DNA of 64,000 bases. Origin: Raillietiella orientalis (taxonomy: Eukaryota). This document shows, piece by piece, positions 14,601 to 28,159 of this stretch. The position numbers and the translations under genes are program-made. Every line of letters starts with the position of its first letter. Position 1 is the first letter of the stretch. The stretch lies in contig JAYWIR010000040.1 of the NCBI GenBank assembly GCA_036172245.1, forward strand, positions 558,001 to 622,000, in the 5' to 3' direction. Under the pieces are notes generated by a model that was given only the letters and a program-made list of their open reading frames with translations, was not told the DNA's origin and made no database searches.

Positions 14601-15350
14601 CTTTGCTTGAGGCACGTGGTCCACTAGGAATGCAATTCTTCTCTCAGAGCAGGGTTTGTCTGGAAGCCGACGGTGCAGCCCAGACGAAAGAGTCGGGCTG
14701 TAGCATCTGCTGTCGTTTGGGAATCTTTTCCCTCTCCGGCGCAGACTGAGCAGCTTGTTCGGTTCCCGCCAGAGGCCCTCAACGATTTTTGTGAAGCGAT
14801 GGAGTCGCTTCTCTCTGGGAACTCTGATCTCGAGGATGAACCTGTCCCTTGTGGTGCTGCTTCACGCGTGCGCCATAACTGGCCTGTGACTTCCTGTTGG
14901 CAGACCTCACGCTGCATTTCAGAACCCTGCTTTCGAATCATCATGTGCCTGCCCAAGAGGAATGCAGGCGTCATGAGGTTCGCGTAGTAGGGGTCACACA
15001 CACGTGGGCAGAATGTTCCTTGCCCCCACGTACTCTACAAATGTGTTTTGCTCCTCATTAATTCCTCGTGTTCAGCTGGTGTGCTGTTAAATACCGCCCA
15101 CCTGATTACCTGTCTCTTCAGATTCTGATGTGAAGCAGGATAGCCCTAGGGCGGGGATTTTTCCCGAAGTGGAACTCTTCCTCCACTTCCTGCATCTTCC
15201 ACCGATCTCTTCCTTGTGTCTCTCTTTTCTTTCTTCCTTCCTCTCGAAAAATCCGCGGTTCAGATGGACCCATCTCGCGAATACGAAAACAGCTCAAATC
15301 GGCTCCAGAGAGTCTCGACCATGTGCTCTTTCGCTATCGTCCTGTCGAGA
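11650..15350 (-). mobile_element. Decayed LINE (ORF1 + endonuclease), reverse orientation
   Basis: Low-complexity ORF1-like region with knuckle remnants (~14570-14640); GGIRVLL endonuclease-like motif (~12880). Confidence 0.4.
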
Positions 15351-15559
15351 TCCCCGAGCTCATGAAATCATGGAACATTCGAACAGTACGAGATGCTTCC
15401 GAGAAGTACCTACATTTGACATCAGCGGCCGTGATGCTCGGCGTTCGACGTCCTGGCTGCTGATGGCAGCGGATGGCAAATCAGCTGGAGAGTGAATGCA
15501 AAACATTGACCACGGAAGCAGCAAGAGCGAGAAACCGTAGGAAGAGGTTTCGGGAAGTT

Positions 15560-16500
15560 CCTCAACGGACTCTAAGGCGAGGTCAAGGACCATCTTCGTT
15601 TTCTTCGAGCAGAACGAGACGATGAGAAAGAAAAAGCACACGCCGTGCTCCAAGCTGCCGTTGGCTGCTATCCGAGAAGGCCCGAATGTGGTTTGCGTCA
15701 AAGAAAGTCACGTAGATGAAGTTGCTGAGGCCGAAGGAAACTCCACCAAGGTGAGCATCTCGCAGCACTGGAAGAACGCGAAACGGTCCAGGAAATTCCG
15801 GATCCTAAGCGTTCCGAAGGTCCCCGCCCCATCTCACAGGTCAGACTTCATCCTTCATCACTGAGTTGCAGTCCCGCTTCAGCTGGAGGGGGTTGCTGCA
15901 GCTGAGGAAAGAAGGCATTCTGGCAGAGAGTCAAAGATTCTGAGGGACTCGCTGGGAAGTCAGAATGGAACTAAGCCGCAAGATGTTTGTCCACAGATTG
16001 CCGAACCACGGCATGTTTGTTGCTATCTCGGGAAAAATCGGGTAAGCGCCTTTCACGAATGGGAGAGGGGCTATCGAGTGGGAGCTTGGATGAGAGGATG
16101 GCATCTTCCCTGGGAGGAAGTCGAAGAGCACTGTCTGGGAGATAATCTCCGAAACCTCGTTTTACCATCTTGGAGAAGACTAGGCAGCAGCATCCACGCT
16201 CAGCAAACCATCTTATCTATCTCACCGTGGAAGATAAAGAGGGATGATCGGAAGAGAAAGACCGGAAAAGGAAAATCCTTTTACTCATCGGGATCACCTT
16301 TGAGCTCAATGAGATGTGAATACTCAAGCAGGAAAGGGGTGATGGGAAGATCGAACCAGATGGTACTTTCCTCTGCTTGCGGTGCATCTCTGCACGTGGA
16401 AGCGGAAGCAAACCTCATCCAGAGATGTTATCGACAGCAGAGTCGAAAGGACATCCAATGATGGGAAAAGCCTGCTCAGCGAGCGTCCATCTAGAGGGAC
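15560..16500 (+). mobile_element. LINE AP-endonuclease fragment
   Basis: LRFL followed by NVVCVKESH (DxxxLQETH-like) and later endonuclease-like motifs; disrupted. Confidence 0.5.
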
Positions 16501-19249
16501 AACCTTGACGTAGGAGGCATTTCAGAGCCGTGACTTCGTTTGCTGACCTGCGTACAGATGGCGGTGAACGCGCAACTCTGACTGCCTCCCGTCGATGGGC
16601 AGCAGCGGAGGCAGAATGGGAGTTCTCATGAGAAGGATAGGAAGGGAAGACGGTGCCACTCGGCGGCGTTCTCCGAGCTCCATGGAAGAAGTCCCAACCG
16701 AATCCCAAAGGCCCGAGCTACAGGTCGAAGGGGAGGCGGGTCCCGAGAACGCAAAAGAACGCAAGACATGCACTCTCAAGCACGCGATCCTGCGCGCGCC
16801 CATCCTCCCGAACGGCGCCATCTCTTTTAGGATGAAAAAGAATCGATGGCGGCAGTTAAGGGAGGAAGGGGGGCGCTTGCTGCTCCGGTTTGCATTCCGG
16901 AACACGCCTGCTGCCTTTTCTTGGATACGGCGAGAAGGAAAGTGCCGAAATTGCGGCGGTGCCGGCCCATTTGAGATCCGGGAAAGAGAGAGAGATAGCG
17001 AGGCGGAAAGGAAAGAAGAGGAAGAGAAGAGGGAGAGGAGTAGTAGCTCGAAAAGGCTCCAAGGCTCACCATCGGCGAAATTTTCCGGGGAGCGTCGCCC
17101 TTTTTCTCTTTCGTGCACGTCAGCGAACGCCGCTTTCCGCTTTTTCTGGTACGGGATTTCGCTCCGCGCCAGCCTTTCCTCCCCCCCCCCTTACCTGAAA
17201 TTGGGCGGGTGGATCTCACCCACCGTAGAGAAAGAGGCCTCGCCACCTCTGAGGCAATTTTTTTTTTTTTTTTCTCCCCTCCGAAAGCGGCGGTTTGCAC
17301 GCCACTCTTCAGCCCGTTCGCTCGCGCCGATTTCGCCAGTCCCGGATGCCTCTCTCCGCGACCGTGTCAAACAGAACAAACTCCCCAGCTGTCACCGTCC
17401 GCTCTGAAGGTCGAATCTCTTCGGCACTCTGTGACCTCGGCCCAACTTGCACTCTCCCTCCCCTACCCTTTTCCACGATTTCGCGGACGGAGTGGGCTCA
17501 GGATGACGATGACTCGCGATAGTGGGGCAGCAGGGCCCCTTCCTGGTATGAGGGAGGGTGCCAACGATGCGGTAGGACTGCACGGGATGCGAACGGCGCT
17601 CTGAGTGTTGGAACTCACCGCCTCAGCAACGCGGACCATCCCGGGTGCAAGTTGCCAAATCTGGAGAGCGCCGACCGCGCATCCTCTTTTCTCTTTCTTG
17701 CCCTTCCTGGGAGATCTCGCTGACGGGCGAAAAAGGTGCCGCGCAGGGCGGCGGCACCTCTTTCCCTGCCCACGAGAGGGGCAGGGGCCTAAGGGTCAAG
17801 GCGGTCGGGGTCTGGTGGACTCTCATCTCTTCGTGTCTATCTCGTGACGCCCGCAGCGTGCGCGACCGAGTGTCTGGCTTGACGCGTGCGCGCCTGCAGG
17901 GCACTGCCGCCGCTGCGAGTATGGCCGTTGCCCCGAGCATACACGTGGGGCCTATGTATGCGCATGCGCAAGCGGGTCTGGGGGCCGCGAGACTGGGGGA
18001 GGAGGGAGGGGGAAGCGCGTCTCGGAATTTCTTCTCGGAATGCCCGCGGGTCCGAGTGATTCCGTCTGAGCTCTCCGGGGAGGACGCCCACGCGCAGACT
18101 GCTCCAAGGACGAAGCGGAGGGGTCATGGTCCGACCAGTGGAAGATGGCTGCAGGAGATGGTCTTGCTTGACCCTGGGCGAAGAGTATGAGGCTATTGGG
18201 GAAGTGCCTTCGTGGGTAGCCAGCCATTCTTCGTGGGTAGCGCTCCTTAGCTCCTCCCTCCCACAGGGCCACGGAGAGAGAGTTCCTCTCTTTCCCATCC
18301 TCTTCCCTTTCCCATCCTTCTCCTCTCCACTCGGACGCTCCCAGGAACCTGCTCTCTGCAGCAACCCTTTCGCTCCGGGTCAAGCGGCACGCGTCATCTT
18401 GCTACCGCCGCCACCTAGCCGGTCCTCTCTTCTTCGGAACGAAGAGCAGCCGTACCGCATCTGCGCGCGACGCGATCTTTCCCTCTTCGGGACCAGCCTG
18501 CAGTTTCCTCTACCCGCAAGGAGGGAATCTGCGCAAAATATGCACAGAAAACCGCCATCCTTCTGAGCTTACGCAGGTGTCTCCCTCCCCTTGCTCGCTC
18601 CTCGACCCTGGTCCACCCTGGATCTGGTTTCTTCAAGGAGTTTCCGTTGCCTGGCAACGTCGCTAAGACCACCGGCCGCTCGAGCGACGCGTTTGGCCTC
18701 TCCCGCCCGGCGTGGAACCTCCCGAAGCACGAATGCCGCTATCCGTCCCCTCCCATCCCGAAGGACGGAGACCCTCCTGCCCATTCACAGCCAGGCGGCG
18801 GTGCGCTCGCGGCCCAGACGAGGACAAGGTCTCAGCTTCTTTCCAGAGGATTTCGGAAACACCAGCACCAGGTCCAAACACTCAACACACGTGTTTCATT
18901 CAACACTGTTGGTGCGCGCTCGCGCCACTGGACTGGTGGCGCTCCCCGTTCCCGTCGGCATGCGGAGAGAGGCGGAAAGGATTCACGAGGGGTGGGCGAC
19001 TCCACCCATCCAATACGAGAGAGATCGACGTCCCCACGTCCGGAAAAGTTGAAAATTCGAATACCACCTCACTCAGGAATGCTGATCGACGAGGAACCCT
19101 TTCTCGTTCTGAGGCCGTCCTCGTGTGCTTGTTGCCCCTCCCTGCTTCTCTTTCATCGTGCGTCGCTGGGAACGCGCCGGACGCTGCCTGCCCACAAGCG
19201 GGTCGTTCGGAAACAGGAAAAAGCAAAAAAAAGGCAAAAAACGAGAGCT

Positions 19250-21450
19250 AGAAATGAGCCGGTGTTTACGATCAGCCTAGCTGATGCCCCGATGGCTAAT
19301 CATGGAAAGTACTCGACTTGTTGCTGCTCTTCATTGCTGTGTAGGACCCCCCTCCCCCAGGCATCGGATAACTGGATAAAGATCAAAGTGGTTTCATTGC
19401 TACAGGCAGCATCTTGCTTCGCTCCTGGTTCTTGGACAGCTCGCTTCTCCCGGAAAGGGCTTGGTTCAGGAGCAGCTGCAATCGTAGTCCCGATCAACTG
19501 AGAGCACCACCGGATGGGGAACAGCTGAAACCGGTCCGATTAACCCTATGAGTTCCATGGACGCACAGATGCGTCCGACGAAAGCTGCCAGCATGCGCTG
19601 TGGACGCATCTATGGGTCCGGCGAAAAGGATCGGCGTGGACTGTGGACGCACGCATGCGCCTGGAAAACGTTTTTTTGACCTTATGCTCGACGACACGGG
19701 TCGACGCCATCCACGTTTCAGACGGACGACGCGCACACTTACGTTCTCGTAGTCGCCTTGGCAACGGCAGTAAACAAAATCCCGTCCACGCTGGCCAACT
19801 GCTCCCTCTTTTTCTGGGTGCCAAATGGAATTTATTATATTGCCTTTCATCTTTGCGGCACCTCAAAAAGTGGTGTCGTATATAATTGATCATATTGTTT
19901 TTTTGTCTTTGCGATACCTTGAAAATCTAATGAAATAATTTTGAAGAGATGATTAGAAGAGACGATCGTGAAACAGATGAGGAGTTGGATTCGAATGAAG
20001 AATATGACCATGAAATTGAGGGAATGTCCCCACGTGTTCCATCGTCATCTGATTCTGCAGATACGAAAAGCATCGTAGATAGTGGAATAGCCAAGTATAG
20101 ATGAAAAAAAAAAACAAGAAAAAAACGGCCCACAGCACATCTACGGAAGAAGAGCATTCCGATTCGGTTCGAAGTGTTCAGAGGAAACACTCATTTCCAG
20201 GAAGAAAGCGCAAAACGTAAGAAACGGAGTGACGCAAAACGAGAATGTAAAAAAAATGCGACGTCGGATTATGCGTTTTGAGATGCACCACGCCCAAAAT
20301 GAATGTTTGAATTCATTCGAATTCCAATTATAATTTTTGAATGAATAATGTATGCTTGGGAAAAATGAAAATATTTGATTCAATGCAGTGTGATTAAACA
20401 ACGGCAACTTTGACGAGCACTTTATGGAATCAATCGGCTCCTCGGTGGCACGCGGAGAAGCGTGCCGTCCACAGAGGTCGCCACTGCGACTCGCGTGCCG
20501 CCAGCGCACAACGTGAAAGTCTGCTGAGCTCTTCACCCAAAGGGTTAAGCTTCACTTTCAAGTGTGCACCTTGACAACCAGCCTCCTGGATAGACAAAAG
20601 TGCACTCCCTGTGGTGTTGCGAGCACAGTGCACAAGAAATAGCTTTGCTTTAGTTGTGGGCGTGTATCATGAAGGCAAGCGGACATCTTAAACGACGGCA
20701 ACAAGCAGCAAGAAACAAACCAGAGGGAAACTTCATGCGAGGGCTCGTCGAAACTGCTGGAGAGGTTGGTTATTCAGAGTTCCGTGTGCTTCCTGAACGT
20801 TCCCGAAGCTCAACAAGCACTGAAGTCAATCCGGAGGTCAGTCCGGAGGTCAATGGAACCTTCTTCATGCAGAGACTTATCGCTGACTTCTTTTGCCAAA
20901 CTCCTCTAAGTGACCAGGCACAGTGAAATTCACCAAATTCCCAAGTTCATGCACACATTGGTTTGTTCCTCATACCAATTTCCCCACGGGAAAGAGAAAC
21001 TGTTCCTGCTCTTAACGCACATGGGACCGTCGGTAAAATCCTTTACTCTAGACGATTCGTGGTAACTCGTGGGCTGCTGTCGAGTGCCCAGCAATGCCAT
21101 TTGCTTGCATCGCTTCAGTGGTTGGTTCCGTGAATTTGCTATTGGATTTGCATTGGTTCGCTTCTTTGAGCTCTAGTATAAAGACTGCTGCGCCATGTAA
21201 GACATCATGGGTGCCATGTAATGCTTGCAGAGGCCATCAGGATGGGGCGAATTTCCGATAGAAACAATGGAGACACCAATGATATTTTGTCCATCACTTT
21301 TCTCTGTGCTCTTGCTTTCACCCTTCTATATGAACCTCATCCTGAACGGACAGTCGCCCTGCTTTATTTATCTGTTTTTTTCTTACTCACGTGAATTCCT
21401 TTTTGCGAACATGGGATCACGAGAGATTCCCTACAAAGTGAAGGGAATGA
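19250..21450 (+). mobile_element. Decayed RT of probable CR1/L2/Jockey-type LINE, interrupted by piggyBac
   Basis: IVVPI followed by an RPIKL-like motif reconstituted across the TTAA insertion site; FTLDD (~21045); C-terminal FYMNLILNGQSP resembling CR1-type FYKIxNGxxPxYL. Confidence 0.4.
19544..20544 (+). mobile_element. Non-autonomous, internally deleted piggyBac DNA transposon (~1 kb)
   Basis: TTAA duplication at 19540-19543 and 20545-20548. Termini CCCTATGAGT...ACCCAAAGGG are imperfect inverted repeats. Acidic N-terminal remnant EEMIRRDDRETDEELDSNEEYD (~19940-20010) and Cys-rich C-terminal remnant KRKKRSDAKRECKKxCDVGLCV (~20210-20280); catalytic core absent. Confidence 0.85.
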
Positions 21451-21499
21451 ACATCTGAAATTCTAAGTCCGGGATTTCCCATTCGCTGCTTTGTGCTGT

Positions 21500-24400
21500 T
21501 TCTAGACACGCTGCTCAGGAAATGGAAAACATTGGTAAGATGGAAGGACGGCTCGGCTTGGATTCGATAAACACCCATATTATTCAGTTGGCCATAGCAT
21601 TTGATTCCTCCGAGGTTGCGTGTCGAAAACATCGTTTGTTTTTTCTCAGTTGATTGCTTTGGATAAGAACAGCAGGAAATTCTTGTTTATTCGAATATTG
21701 AAATCAAGTCATCTCATATTCATTGTGGGGTAGCTCAACCAAAATATTCCTAGGCGAGTTTTGCCGAGGAAAATGCTCCGACATTCTCTTGCAGAAACTG
21801 TTGCTGCGAAGAATGAAGAACAGGTTCGTTTCCTGTGATGAAACAGATTGGTGGAAACCTAAGGAAGATGAATTCTTCCTCACTCGAAAGGAATTCCCTC
21901 TCAAATGAAGTCTCTCGCTTTGAATCTGAAGCAAGAAAAGAGTTCACGGTTTCAGATGACTGGCGGGTGTCTTCGTCTGGAGAGGCGCCTCTGTGGACAT
22001 TGGAATGAAAGGAAAAAATCTCAGTGGCCTTCGCTAAGACGGAAAGCGAAGAACTTCGATTAAGGGCTTGGCGAGGGGAGGTTCTGCATTTCGTGTTTGT
22101 GCGGAATCATCCCCAAAATGAGAGGTCCTCAAATTCAGGATTGTAACACCCCCAGAGCAGCTTGAGTTTGATCTCTGAACGTGGACGGACTGAATGCAGC
22201 GTTTCTTCTTATTCCGAGAGGCAGTCATGAAGTCGTAAGTGACGACCGATAAAAATTCAAATGACAGGACTTTTGAAGTTTGAGTCATATTCAGTGATAT
22301 CAAGATCGCAGAAATAAAGAGTCGGGGAGAAGGGATCTTTTTGAGGGGGATCAGACATTGGTCCAACACGCGCAATTGCCGTGATTTTAATTTTCTGCTT
22401 GAGGATTCCGGCCCTTCGAGTCCGGAGGAGCTCTCCGAGGTACATACTTATGATGGTTACACTTGGAGGCGCATCAGAAAAGCACTTTCTCTTCGTCTCT
22501 GGGGTCTTACAGTCAAGTGACCACGCTCTGCACTTTTAATGAAGGCTAAAGCAGAGAAACAAACGCACCAACTGTTAGATCATTCACGTCATTCAAGCTG
22601 CTCAGGAATCCCATGTATCAGCTTTCGTGGAGATTCGTTACTCTGCAGGACGAAGAAGAGCTGCAAAAATTTGTTCATTGGCCCTTGGTATTCAAGAACT
22701 CATTAGATGGCATTGACCTTATGAACGACTAGAATTACACAGGATTACAATTGATTCCATAAACCCACAATCGTCGATAACTATGAAATCTGTCAAAATT
22801 CGGTGTTCCAGAGTTCCATATCCTGAAAAAGTGAAGGTATGCAATGCAGCACACCCAAGCAGTGCGAGCAATATCAACGAATGGAGCAAAGATGAAATCG
22901 AATGGACCTCCCGCCGAACTGACCTGCCGAAAGGGAATTTCCATAAATTATCTTCGCGTTCAAGAGGAGATATAGATAGTTCTTGGTTGTTCCACTTGAA
23001 CCAGTATCGTGAGCGCCTAGAATTCTTTTCGTCCCGCCCTCTTTTGAGAACACGTTTAACTAGCAAGTCTGCTGTAGTACTCACTTGCATAATGGCATCT
23101 CGTTTTCCTCCAGAGCAGGGAAAGCAACCCCTCGTTTCTTTGTAGAGAGTCACAAAACATGACAGACCCATTAGGGTGAAACTGGGAACCAAAAAGTTCA
23201 GTTTTGCATTCGTTGGTCACCTCATTGCGTATATTCTCTCCTATTCAAAATGCTTTCGGGGAGGGGGGGAGTACTGTTTACTTCCGTAACCCCATAAAAA
23301 GAACATAATTTCCTAGGGATTCTAATTTCTTGGATGATTTGGGATAGAATGTATCCAAGTCCACAATCTACGTGGAAAAATGCAAGCTGGTGCGTAGATT
23401 TCGCAAAAGAACTCGTAAACTTAGGAAGTCTTCGGTAAGCATTCTTCGAGGAAGACACGGAGAGAGGAAGCTCCTTGAAAGGTAATAGCAGTCAAAGGAC
23501 AGTAGCACTGACCAAGCATTTTTCATTTTTGCTGTGTCACTCGAATCTTTCGTCCTGATTGATTCTTGCTTTCATCTTCGGTTTTGTAGACCACAGTGCA
23601 TTGAGAATTCTCGAAAGCCATGCTGTCTCCTGATAATTCTAGCAAGCCTCAGCACAGGGAGCCCACATGTCCCCAATGAGAGTGCGGCAGAGACAATAAG
23701 TAAAGGATCTGTTTGGAAAGTGCCTGGCAGGATTCTCTGATTCTAAGGCAAACGAGGGATAAGAACATGTGTTTGGAAAACTCAGTATGCATGTGCGACT
23801 TGAACAACATATGGAACGAAACATAGAAGAAACCAACGACCTGCTCCCCTGCATGAAGAACTTAAAGAATTAGAAAAACACGAACTCTATTGGAAGTGAC
23901 GGGGTAACATATTAAAACGGCTAAGGTACTCATCAGTAACTCATCAGCTGGCTGAAAAATACCGTTGTTGAAATTGGTCCCAGCGTAACTTTCTTTATGA
24001 GGACCATTTATGCTAAATCACCATGTTGTGTGTCAACAAAAGGGAAACAGTCTCTCGATTTTTTTAATCTACAACTCTTGCTAGATCTACAAGAGGTAAA
24101 CAAGAAACCCCAATCCCGTTTATGCCACACGATCACATGAATGTTCACCAGTGGGTAGGCGAAGCTCCTATTCGCAACGGGATGGGAATCGCTATTGGCC
24201 ATGATGACACGAAGGACCTAGGAGGCTGCGGGAACCAGGTTTGCTCGTGAACAGAAACTCCCGTCAGTTCCATATTCGCATGCGACGGAGTCGTGGAAGT
24301 GATGGAACAAACCCTTCCGGGAGGACAGATGCGTATGCAGATTTCATCAAAAAATACTTCACCCAAAATGCTCGAGAGGTTCGTACAAAATGCTTGAGGA

Positions 24401-24780
24401 AGAGAAGAATGGCATCACTTGGAAGGATCATTGGTGGACCATTCAGCACCAGGAACAGCTCCAAGTGCTCTAGGCGCTCACGATACTTGTTCTATCGTGA
24501 ATTTTGAAATTTAAATCATCAGGCAGTGATCTGAATGTTACAAAATACGCGAAGTGGGTCGTTCTAAGACAGAGAGGCGGTTCGGCCTGAGAGAGAAACT
24601 GCCCAAAAGGATCAAAAAGGATCCTGCAGGCAGTAGGGGCTGAAGAAAACGACACGAAAGAACGTGAGATGGAGCGAAATGTGATTTTTGGGGACAAAAA
24701 TGAATGCCTCTAGAGAGAGTGCGAATTTTGAGCGATGAAGCAAAACGATCTGAAAGAAATCTATCAGATCTGGAAGAATT
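21500..24780 (-). mobile_element. Decayed L1-like LINE ORF2, reverse orientation (endonuclease start possibly at 25400-25600)
   Basis: AFFHVDCG (KAFDxV-like, ~23370) and other weak RT/endonuclease remnants; no intact frame. Confidence 0.4.
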
Positions 24781-24824
24781 TTTCACGTCCCAAGTGACAG
24801 GACTAATATAATAGAATATCAGGA

Positions 24825-25105
24825 ATCACACCTATGAAAACAATAACAGCAACGCTGAACCGAAAATGGCAGCATCCATCCTTTTCGAAATCTTATTACC
24901 TTATCCGTTCTTCCCATGTTCGATGTTAGAGCCCTGTGCTCGTACCATCCCTTTCTGGAATCAACTCTATTCTTTCAAGGACCACTATCCACGTAAAAAT
25001 CACTGTTAGTCTTTGCAGGGTTCCAAGGTTTCCATTTCTGTGCCTATCGTGCCCTCCTGATTATGCACTCATCGCACTAACCGGCACTTGGTCACCCCTC
25101 ATGTA
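24825..25105 (+). pseudogene. cytb: Probable NUMT: cytochrome b C-terminal fragment
   Basis: Collinear remnants PMKT..W, LIRSS, VRAL, FQG..YP..LF and CPPDYALI versus typical arthropod NPLVTP.HIQPEW..ILRSIP..VIAL..FRG.QFYP..RPVEEPYVLI; several indels. Confidence 0.45.
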
Positions 25106-25109
25106 AACT

Positions 25110-25300
25110 CACCTTGTGATGTGCTTGGATTCGTTGTTCTCACCCGTGCACCTTTGATGACAGTATCCTGGGTGTTGCATAAGTGCAATAACTTGCAGTT
25201 ATCGAGGAATAGGGAGCAATCTACGTTTAGTAGTTTCAACAGGATCGTGATGCTCTTGAGATAATGGCACTGGGGATGTAATCACAATTCACATTGCGAT
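25110..25300 (+). pseudogene. nad4: Possible NUMT: nad4 N-terminal fragment
   Basis: CDVLGFVVLT..PLM and TFSSFN..ML(F)E resemble nad4 CD.LS.GL..LS.W...LM and TFSS......FE. Confidence 0.3.
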
Positions 25301-25819
25301 GCTCCCATGCATATGTTAACGGCATTCAATCCATTACTTAATTCTAATTGCCTTTAATCTATGCTCGGCTTACAGTGAGCATGTTCGAATGACCTACGGC
25401 TGTTCAGCCATGAAGTTAGCTATCTTAGGTACATTAGAAGACAGCATCCTAGGTGGTGAGCTTACATCCGCGAGCTTCGTGAGGAAGAGGTTAATCCAAG
25501 CCTCGCGTGTCTCACAAACACTGCCGGAGAGGGCTGTCCACTTCTGATTTGAGCAATCAAAAAGACAAACAAACAAACCGTGGGGTAATCAAATTAATTG
25601 TTCCGGGCAAATTTTCAGCTTCCCTTCTTGATCTTGTAGGCATCTCTCTGCTTCGTCCTATGGAAGCTGCAGAATACTGCCTCAACTTCAGATGCCCTCA
25701 CAGCAAGCATGGCCTATAAATTAATCTATGGAGATACTGCCAAGGGCTGCTTCTAACCCAGAATCGGCGGATATCTATGTTCTGCTTCACACTTGTATTA
25801 ATTCCCATGGTCTGGGCGT

Positions 25820-26110
25820 TTCCACAACCCATCTCTTTACCATCCGCCATTCTTCTTCTCTTATACTCCTCATGTGCACATCAGCTCCGATGTTTTTTTA
25901 TATCTCTATTCGAATGTGGATTTGATCCAAAATTCTAGCCTGCTGCACATTTTCAAACATCACCCTCAACTATCATTTTCCCAATTTTCAACATCGAACT
26001 AGCTTCACTCTCACCTGCTCCTCCCGGACCTTCTTTGTGCTCCCTGCTCCTTGTGACTGATCATTCTTAATTCCCGGGACTGAAACAAATGCTGAATCAA
26101 TGTATCGAGT
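25820..26110 (+). pseudogene. nad3: NUMT: nad3
   Basis: Exact FECGFDP at 25909-25929, then TIIFPIFNIELASLSP (cf. TIIFLIFDVEIALILP) and a GL....NQ remnant; in-frame TAG. Confidence 0.85.
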
Positions 26111-26949
26111 TTTCAAGCTCCATCTCCAGCATTCCACTTCGGCAACTACCGGATACGGAGTGGTTGCGGCAGTTGGCTTCCACTCAACCCGTTTGCCGTT
26201 CCCCGGAGATAAAACGTGACGGAACTTTCACTCTCGATACCCTACGAGCTACTTCGACTGACTGCCATCCCCCCTCCCACTCGCCGCGTTGGAATAATAA
26301 CCCAACCCACAGAAACCAACTGCGAGGACAAACCGCCGCCGCCGCTTCCTCTCTGCACAGACGCAACCGCTCTTTTCTTCTACCTTCCCTGGTGAGAAGA
26401 TGGAGCCTGCGTATCCTACTCGATCACGGCCTTCCCCGGTCCATCCATTTGCCAACGAGTTCGTTTCTTCTTCTTCCCGAGTGCAGGCGTCTCTCGAGTG
26501 GACCGTCGGACTGCCACGGCATCATTCTCTTGCCACGGATTATGGCGACTCTCTACGGAATGCCGCTTATTCTGCCGCCTGCAACCTCCCTGTTTTTCCG
26601 GATGAAATGCCCTTCGTCCTCCCACCTCCCCTACAAATAGCCTCCGCAATTACTAAAGCGCGATGCGGGCGACGAGCGACACGCCGGGCAACACACCAGG
26701 AGAATCACTCGACCGTGCTGCTCCGTGCGCTTTGTTTCCTGGACAGCACCAAAGGCATCTGAAATTTGATGCGCGCGTTCTCCCCGGACGCTGCGTCCTT
26801 CGGAGACGCAGCTTCAGGAAGTTCCCCCAGATGTCACGAGAGCGGCAGCTTCGTCTTAAAGCGCGACCTGATGGCGAGATGCGCCCCGAACGCGGGGCCG
26901 ACCGCGGACTCCAGGGGGCTGCGGAGGAAACGGAGGAGGAGGACGGCGG

Positions 26950-27360
26950 AAGTCCGCTGGAAGCACAGCTGGATGCTGGGAGGAGGAACGCCTGAGATCG
27001 TTAGGAAGAGAGGATGCAACGTAGAGGGGGCCCCTAACCTAGGCTGGCAACAACACTCGATGAGGATGCAGCGTGCTGTTGATGCGGTGTTGCTCCCAGG
27101 GAACGATCGCCGCAGGTCCAGAATTAGTGAAAGAAGTGCCAGCACGATGGCTCAGAAGGCTGAGACATGCCAAAGCTTCTTTCTCAAAAGTTAATGAGAG
27201 GTGCAGTTCAAGGCCAGGGGAAGGACACCGTTGGCTTGATGACTTCCTTAGATTATAATTTCATCTTCCTTATAGAACGAAAAGTGCCACTTGGCGGTGA
27301 TGACGGGCTGATTGAGAAGGTGAAGATGCACTTCTGGAGGAGTCCAGGGGACTCGTGCTT
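26950..27360 (+). mobile_element. LINE endonuclease fragment
   Basis: CNVEG, DAVLL and LGGD in the order of WNVxG, DxxxLQE and GDFN. Confidence 0.45.
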
Positions 27361-27679
27361 TTAGCCATCCCTCTTCTTCTGGTTCTTTCCATCTTTCAGC
27401 GACTCGGAGCCTCCGCGCTGGATGATCAGAAGTTGTCCTGAAATAATCACTATTGCGACCGTTTTCTTTGCAACGCCTCTTCACCCCTGATGCCCCACTC
27501 CCTCCATCATAGCACGTTTCCCGGCATAATCTCCCGAATGAGGAAGTTCTCACCGATCACCCGTTAAATAGAAACGAAAGGGCGGAACCCGCACGTGTTC
27601 CTCCGCTCTCCCTCCACTGCCGATCATCATCATAAGCAGGAATCAACAGTCTGAACGCATAAACGGCAGGCGCTCAATA

Positions 27680-28000
27680 CATGGAAAGACAAGCTCATTC
27701 CCAGCTTAATGCTGCAAACATCATCTCCAGTTTAATGCACCCATCCTCGTCCATGGATTCCTCTCCCATCGGCCCGTAGTAAAACATTGTACTATTTACA
27801 TAAGAGGCCTTACTCCTTTTCTAAAACCTAACCACTGAATGAACTCTAGCAGCAGCTGAAGCAAAACCTATGCACTCGAAGGAGTAGCATAGCCTCAAGC
27901 AATCCACTGTGCCCAAGCCCATCGTGATGACCTCATTGTGACACAACTGCCAATTCTCCATCCAGAGGAACCGTTTGCATAGACTTTAGCCATCGCTCCC
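27680..28000 (-). pseudogene. nad5: Probable NUMT: nad5 N-terminal fragment
   Basis: LCYSFEC(M) at 27892-27869 and VLLRADGRGI at 27785-27756, versus IFYSKEYM and ILLGWDGLGL, with roughly the expected spacing. Confidence 0.4.
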
Positions 28001-28159
28001 TGATCAATCAAATGTACTTCCCACACTAAGTCCTACAGTAATGTAATGTCCTTGTTCCCTTCGCTGGCTTGTTTTGCTAGGTTGTTTGCAACGAAGAGGG
28101 AAAATTCCTGTTGATTGATGTAAAATGCTAAGATGACAGGAATACATGCACTATAAATT

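Noticed and set aside
16500..19250. Many long overlapping ORFs (up to 284 aa)
   Set aside because: GC-rich low-complexity sequence open in several frames; only a frameshifted CRNCGGAG(H) knuckle remnant, so likely retroelement ORF1 debris.
21330..21380. PERTVALLYL as a nad4 QPERL motif
   Set aside because: An alternative frame fits the C-terminus of the surrounding LINE RT, and no other nad4 motifs are adjacent.
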